The notes under the pieces were generated by a model. That model did not search any database and was not told where the DNA came from. It worked only from the letters and a program-made list of their open reading frames with translations. A stretch of 64,000 nt of DNA. It comes from Octopus vulgaris (taxonomy: Eukaryota). Made by a program: the position numbers and the translations under genes. Position 1 is the first letter of the stretch; every line of letters begins with the position of its first letter. The stretch spans positions 73,780,001 to 73,844,000 of the forward strand of contig OX597830.1 in the NCBI GenBank assembly GCA_951406725.2, given 5' to 3'. Shown here piece after piece: positions 58,927-64,000 of the stretch.

Positions 58927-59295
58927 CTAATATATGAATCCACCTCTGATACGTGGCACTTGATCAACAAGGGAGTTCGATGCTGCTGCCCGCATCTGCG
59001 TCTCCTGTCGTGAGGTAGGTTCATCTGGGACTCCCGACAAGAAGAGATCCAGTTTAGTTTTAAAGAAACCCACATCCACACCATGTAAGTCTCTCAGGCA
59101 TTTAGGGAGGATGTTAAAGAGCTGTGGTCCTCTGAAACCCAAGCTGTTGCAGTATCTGGACCTGTATTTTGATGGTGATGTTGGAATCTTTGGCACCATG
59201 CAGTGGCGCCCCGTTCTGCGGTAACTTTGAATGCCAAAGTTTGGGACAAGCCCCTCCAGGATTTTCCAGATGTATATCACCGCATATCTCTCCCG
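58927..59295 (-). mobile_element. CR1/L2-group LINE ORF2 3' end
   Basis: RERYAVIYIWKILEGLVPN...NSLGFRGPQLFNILP...FKTKLDLFLSGVPDEP. Confidence 0.85.
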
Positions 59296-59522
59296 ATACA
59301 GAATTTTTTTTTCTCAAACGCGTGATCATACAAATAGATAGCGTGATGAGGATAAATTATCCATACATTGCAGAAAAATACATCATCGTCCAGCCATTGG
59401 ACTCGAACTCGCATCGCTGTGATTATGCGTCAAGGGCTTTACCATTAAACTAAACTGTCCAGTAACGACTTTTCTGCAATTTTAGAACTTATAAATTTAG
59501 CTTCATAAGACGCTAATGTTAT

Positions 59523-59572
<50 letters not shown>

Positions 59573-59941
59573 ATGTGCGCGCGCGTGTGTGTATATGGCT
59601 AGATAGATAGATAGACAGATAAATATATATATATATACAGAGACATATATATACATATATACACATATGTGTGCGCGTGTTTACACACATACATATACAT
59701 ATGTGTGTGTGTTTGTGTGTGTGTATGTATGTATCTGTAGGTATGCTTATTGTGTTTTATGCATGCGTATTTATTTATATGTTACACGTGTATTGTGCTT
59801 TGCCCTCCTACTTTTCACAAATCTTGTCAAACTTTACTGGTGTGTGTTGTGTATGTGAATGTATATGTGTATATAAACATGCATATACACAGACACACAT
59901 AAATACACACATATGGATGCATATATACATGTATATATATG

Positions 59942-59992
<51 letters not shown>

Positions 59993-60185
59993 GTGTGTAT
60001 ATGCATATATGTATATATATATATGCATATATATATATATGCATATATATACATGTATATGTGCACATAATCATATATATACGTGTGTGTGTGTGTCTGT
60101 GTGTGTAATTTTGCTTATCATGTTATCATGTTTGTTATTGCTATTATAGTAGTAGCAGTCATTGTTGTTATTTGTGTCTGTGTGT

Positions 60186-60260
<75 letters not shown>

Positions 60261-60344
60261 TGTATTTGTGTTGTGGAGGTGGTGTGTAGCGAGCAATTAA
60301 TTCTGGAGATGCCTACAGCTAGTCACAATGATTTGTTATCTCAC

Positions 60345-61193
60345 CGCTGAAACACTACAGCTCCTGTTTGCCTGGTGTTGGCGATGGAGCTGGGGGGCGA
60401 GGAGAGCCTCTGCGCCGGGCTGGCCTGGGCTGGCCTGGGCTGGGCCGGGCTGGGCCGGGCTAGGCCGGGTTGGGCTGGGCTGAGATGGTTTGATGGTGAT
60501 TTTGATATTTTGGTATTGTTGTTGTTGTGGTCGTAGTTGTTGGTGGCTGTTTGTGGCGGTAGTAGTGGTGGTGGCGGTGGTGGTGGTAGTAATGGCGGTG
60601 GTGGTATTGGGGTGGTGGTGGGGGGTGGGGGGGGGTAATGGCGGTGGTGGTAGTGGCGGTGGGAGTGGTAGTGGTATTGGTGGTTTTGTAAGAGTAGGAG
60701 TGAGTTTGTTGTCAATGAACGTGAGGACAGTGAAAGTGGTAGTTATGATGAGGAGGATGCGGAGGAGGATGCGGAGAGAGATGTTGATGATGATGATGAT
60801 GATAGGATGATGAAGAGGAGGAGGTGGAGAAGGATTATAATAGTTATGATGATGATGATAATGATGAGGAGGAGGTGGAGAAGCTGCTGCTGCTGCTGCT
60901 GCTGCTGCTGGTAATGATGATGATGGTGGTGGTAGTGATGATGATGATGAGGAGGAGGAGGAGAAGGAGGTAGAGGTAGAGGAGGTGAAATTGGAGGAAA
61001 CTGATGCTACTGCTGCTGCCTCTACTGATGATGATGATGATGATGACGGTGATGATGGAGATGATGGTGCTGCTGATGATGATGATGACGATGAGAAGAA
61101 GATGTAAGAAGATTGTCTTAATGATGGTGCTAAATCCGTGAAGTCGCGTGGGGGGACGTTGCTTGCCGTAGTTGTGGTAGTAATGATGGTCAT
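60345..61193 (-). CDS. Candidate first coding exon, low-complexity Ser/Ala/His/Pro/Thr-rich with a hydrophobic segment
   Basis: First ATG of the 321-aa ORF at 61193; open for 283 codons up to a consensus donor CG/GTGAGA at 60345/60344; GC-rich island. No recognisable domain. Confidence 0.3.
60414..60482 (+). repeat. GC-rich (GGGCT/GGGCC) pentamer array
   Basis: gccgggctggcctgggctggcctgggctgggccgggctgggccgggctaggccgggttgggctgggctg. Confidence 0.9.
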
Positions 61194-61370
61194 GGTGAAG
61201 TGGCGACAATGTGAGTTTGGAATGTGGCGGCGGAGAAGATGTGGTGTGGACGACGAAAAGAAAGAGAATTCTGGTCGTAATGATGATAATGATGTGGACA
61301 ACCGAAAGGAGATGTGATAGGCAAGAAGGAGCGGAACTGGGATAAATTTGGAACAATGTTGGATGATGAC

Positions 61371-61402
<32 letters not shown>

Positions 61403-61807
61403 GGTGAAGGAGGAGGGGGTAGATGATGATTGTGAGGAGGTGGAGGATGGTAAGGATGACAAGGAGAAGGAGGATGAGGATGAGGGGGAGTTAGAGGAGG
61501 AGGATAATGATGATGAAGAAGAGGATGATGATGATAATGATGATGATGATGAGAGGGTAGATGAGGATGATGAGAATGATGATGAGGATGAAGAGGAGGA
61601 GGATGTGATTATGGTGATGATAATGATGATAATGATGATACTGGAGACTAAATATTAAAGTTTTACTGCTTTGGTTACTTCATTGTTAAGTAGACCTTAT
61701 CGTTTCTTTCGGCCTTTCTCGTCTTCATTCATAAGAAAATATACTTACCTATATATGTAGCTATCTTTCTATGGAAACATCTACTTACCTACCTACCTAT
61801 CTACTCC

Positions 61808-61856
<49 letters not shown>

Positions 61857-61973
61857 ATATATATATATATATATCTAGCGATCTATCTATCTATTTACCT
61901 ACCTATATGTCTGTCTTCTCTCTGCTTTCTCTCTATCTGCCTTCTCTCTGTCTATTTATATGCCTATCTGACC

Positions 61974-62047
<74 letters not shown>

Positions 62048-62261
62048 ATATCTATCTATCTGGCTGGCTGGCAGGTTGGCTAGCTGTCTGGTTTGCTGTA
62101 AGGCTGGTTGACTGAATGGCCCTTATAGTATCTGTCTGTCTCTCGCTTTTATCTTACCTATATTTTTGTCCATCAATATATTTTTTTTTACCTTCCTGTA
62201 TATCTTATCTGTCTGTAAATCTGTCTGTTTTCTCTCTGACTCTCTGTCCCCCTCTCTCTTC

Positions 62262-62345
<84 letters not shown>

Positions 62346-62358
62346 GCGTGTGTGTGTG

Positions 62359-62389
<31 letters not shown>

Positions 62390-62431
62390 GCATATTTACA
62401 TATCACATTTTTTTAACACGCAATATCTCTA

Positions 62432-62597
62432 TACCTATATCTTTACTACCTACAAGGGGCTAAACACAGACGGGACAAACAAGGACAGACAAACGGATTA
62501 AGTCGATTATATCGACCCCAGTGCGTAACTGGTACTTAATTTATCGACCCCGAAAGGATGAAAAGCAAAGTCGACCTCGGCGGAATTTGAACTCAGA
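62432..62597 (-). mobile_element. SINE family B fragment
   Basis: Close to window consensus. Confidence 0.9.
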
Positions 62598-62804
62598 GGT
62601 ACCAACGTACCTATCTACTTCCCTACAAATTTGGCTATCAATTTTCCTCTATTTGTTTTAACTTTTACAATATTTTATCAGTTTCCTTTATTGCTTTAAA
62701 ATATCATCTCTTTTTACGCTCCACGCACTATTTCACATCTGCCTCTCTCTCCCTCCCTCTCTTTCTGTCTCATGCTCCCTTCTCTTGTCTTATATATCTG
62801 ATGA

Positions 62805-63194
62805 GTGGAGGCGCAATGGCCCAGTGGTTAGGGCAGCGGACTCGCGGTCATAGGATCGCGGCTTCGATTCCCAGACCGGGCGTTGTGAGTGTTTATTGAG
62901 CGAAAACACCTAAAAAGCTCCACGAGGCTCCGACAGGGGATGGTGGTGATCCCTGCTGTATTCTTTCACCACAACTTTCTCTCACTTTTACTTCCTGTTT
63001 CTGTTGTACCTGTATTTCAAGGGGCCGGCCTTGTCACTCTCTGTGTCACGCTGAATATCCCCAAGAACTACGTTAAGGGTGCACGTGTCTGTGGAGTGCT
63101 CAGCCACTTACACGTTAATTTCACGAGCAGGCTGTTCCGTTGATTCGGATCAACCGGAACCCTCGTCGTCGTAACCGACGGAGTGCTTCCATCC
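62805..63194 (+). mobile_element. SINE family C, full length, 11-bp TSD
   Basis: A-box tggcccagtgg, B-box gcttcgattcc; TSD atatctgatga at 62794-62804 and 63195-63205. Confidence 0.95.
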
Positions 63195-63770
63195 ATATCT
63201 GATGAAAGCCTAATATCCGAAAAGTTAAGATACTCCATTTCTTATTCTGAAGCGTCAAACTAATAACATATTCATCGCTATGTCTCCTTTGGTTATTGTT
63301 TTTGGTTCTTTCTCATGTTGAATCCTTCCTCCACCTAATTACTAAAGATAAATATCGCTTAAAATTATATTTTAATCACCATATTTAAAACTAATATTGG
63401 TATTTCTGATATTGTTATAGGAAATTATGTACAACCTCAATGTATTGCATAAATATATTATTCAAATTTATAATTAAATTATAAATTCAATAATCCAGAA
63501 CCATTTTCTTAATTCTTTCGTGTCATTTCATCCCTCATTTTTTTCTGTTTGACTTTTATTTATATTTCCTATTGATTATTGATTATTGTATCACTTTAAT
63601 TACAATTTCTTTTCTTCATAATTTTTCTTACATTTCACTTCTTTACCGTTTTCTTCCTATACATATATGCGTGTATGTACAAGCACACACGCACACACAC
63701 ACACACACACACATCTATGCATGTTTGTGTGTATGCATGATGTATATGCATACATCTAAAGCTCTCGCTT

Positions 63771-63839
<69 letters not shown>

Positions 63840-63869
63840 GTATACATACATATATATATATATATATAT

Positions 63870-64000
63870 ACTCTTTTACTCTTTTACTTGTTTCAGTCAT
63901 TTGACTGTGGCCATGCTGCGGCACCGCCTTTAGTCGTGCAAATCGTCTTCAGGACTTATTCTTTGTAAGCCTAGTACTTATTCTATCGATCTCATTTGCC
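63870..64000 (-). mobile_element. SINE family A 3' end (runs off the window)
   Basis: actcttttactcttttacttgtttcagtcatttgactgtggccatgctg. Confidence 0.9.

Noticed and set aside
61314-61658. Asp/Glu-rich plus-strand ORF
   Set aside because: Derived from (GAT/GAG)n repeats; no domain or splice support.
62805-62880. tRNA-like sequence (also at other SINE heads)
   Set aside because: A and B boxes are present but there is no complete cloverleaf; it continues into a SINE body with TSDs.

Overview
AT-rich, microsatellite-saturated eukaryotic genomic DNA with no recognisable intact protein-coding gene; almost all ORF-track entries are translations of simple repeats. The repeat landscape (three abundant tRNA-headed SINE families, dense (TA)n/(CA)n/(CATA)n/(CTAT)n/(AAT)n arrays) is what I associate with octopus genomic DNA, probably intronic or intergenic; this attribution is inference. 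Mobile-element remnants include Tc1/mariner transposons (one DD41D/rosa-type with TIRs), mariner and hAT-like MITEs, and 3' ends of CR1/L2-, Tx1- and REL-type LINEs, the last sitting in (TAA)n or (CATA)n arrays. The main hidden signal is RNA-level: about ten hammerhead-ribozyme-like motifs of the Penelope-like-element/retrozyme type. These include a divergent pair of long-stem-II hammerheads around a perfect hairpin (4875-5205), a 301-nt tandem repeat carrying a CUGUAGA core variant (13290-13799), and a possibly permuted hammerhead in an inverted repeat (8731-9802). Several fold-back inverted repeats and one candidate low-complexity first exon (minus strand, 61193-60345) are also present. All structures were derived by eye and none is experimentally shown.
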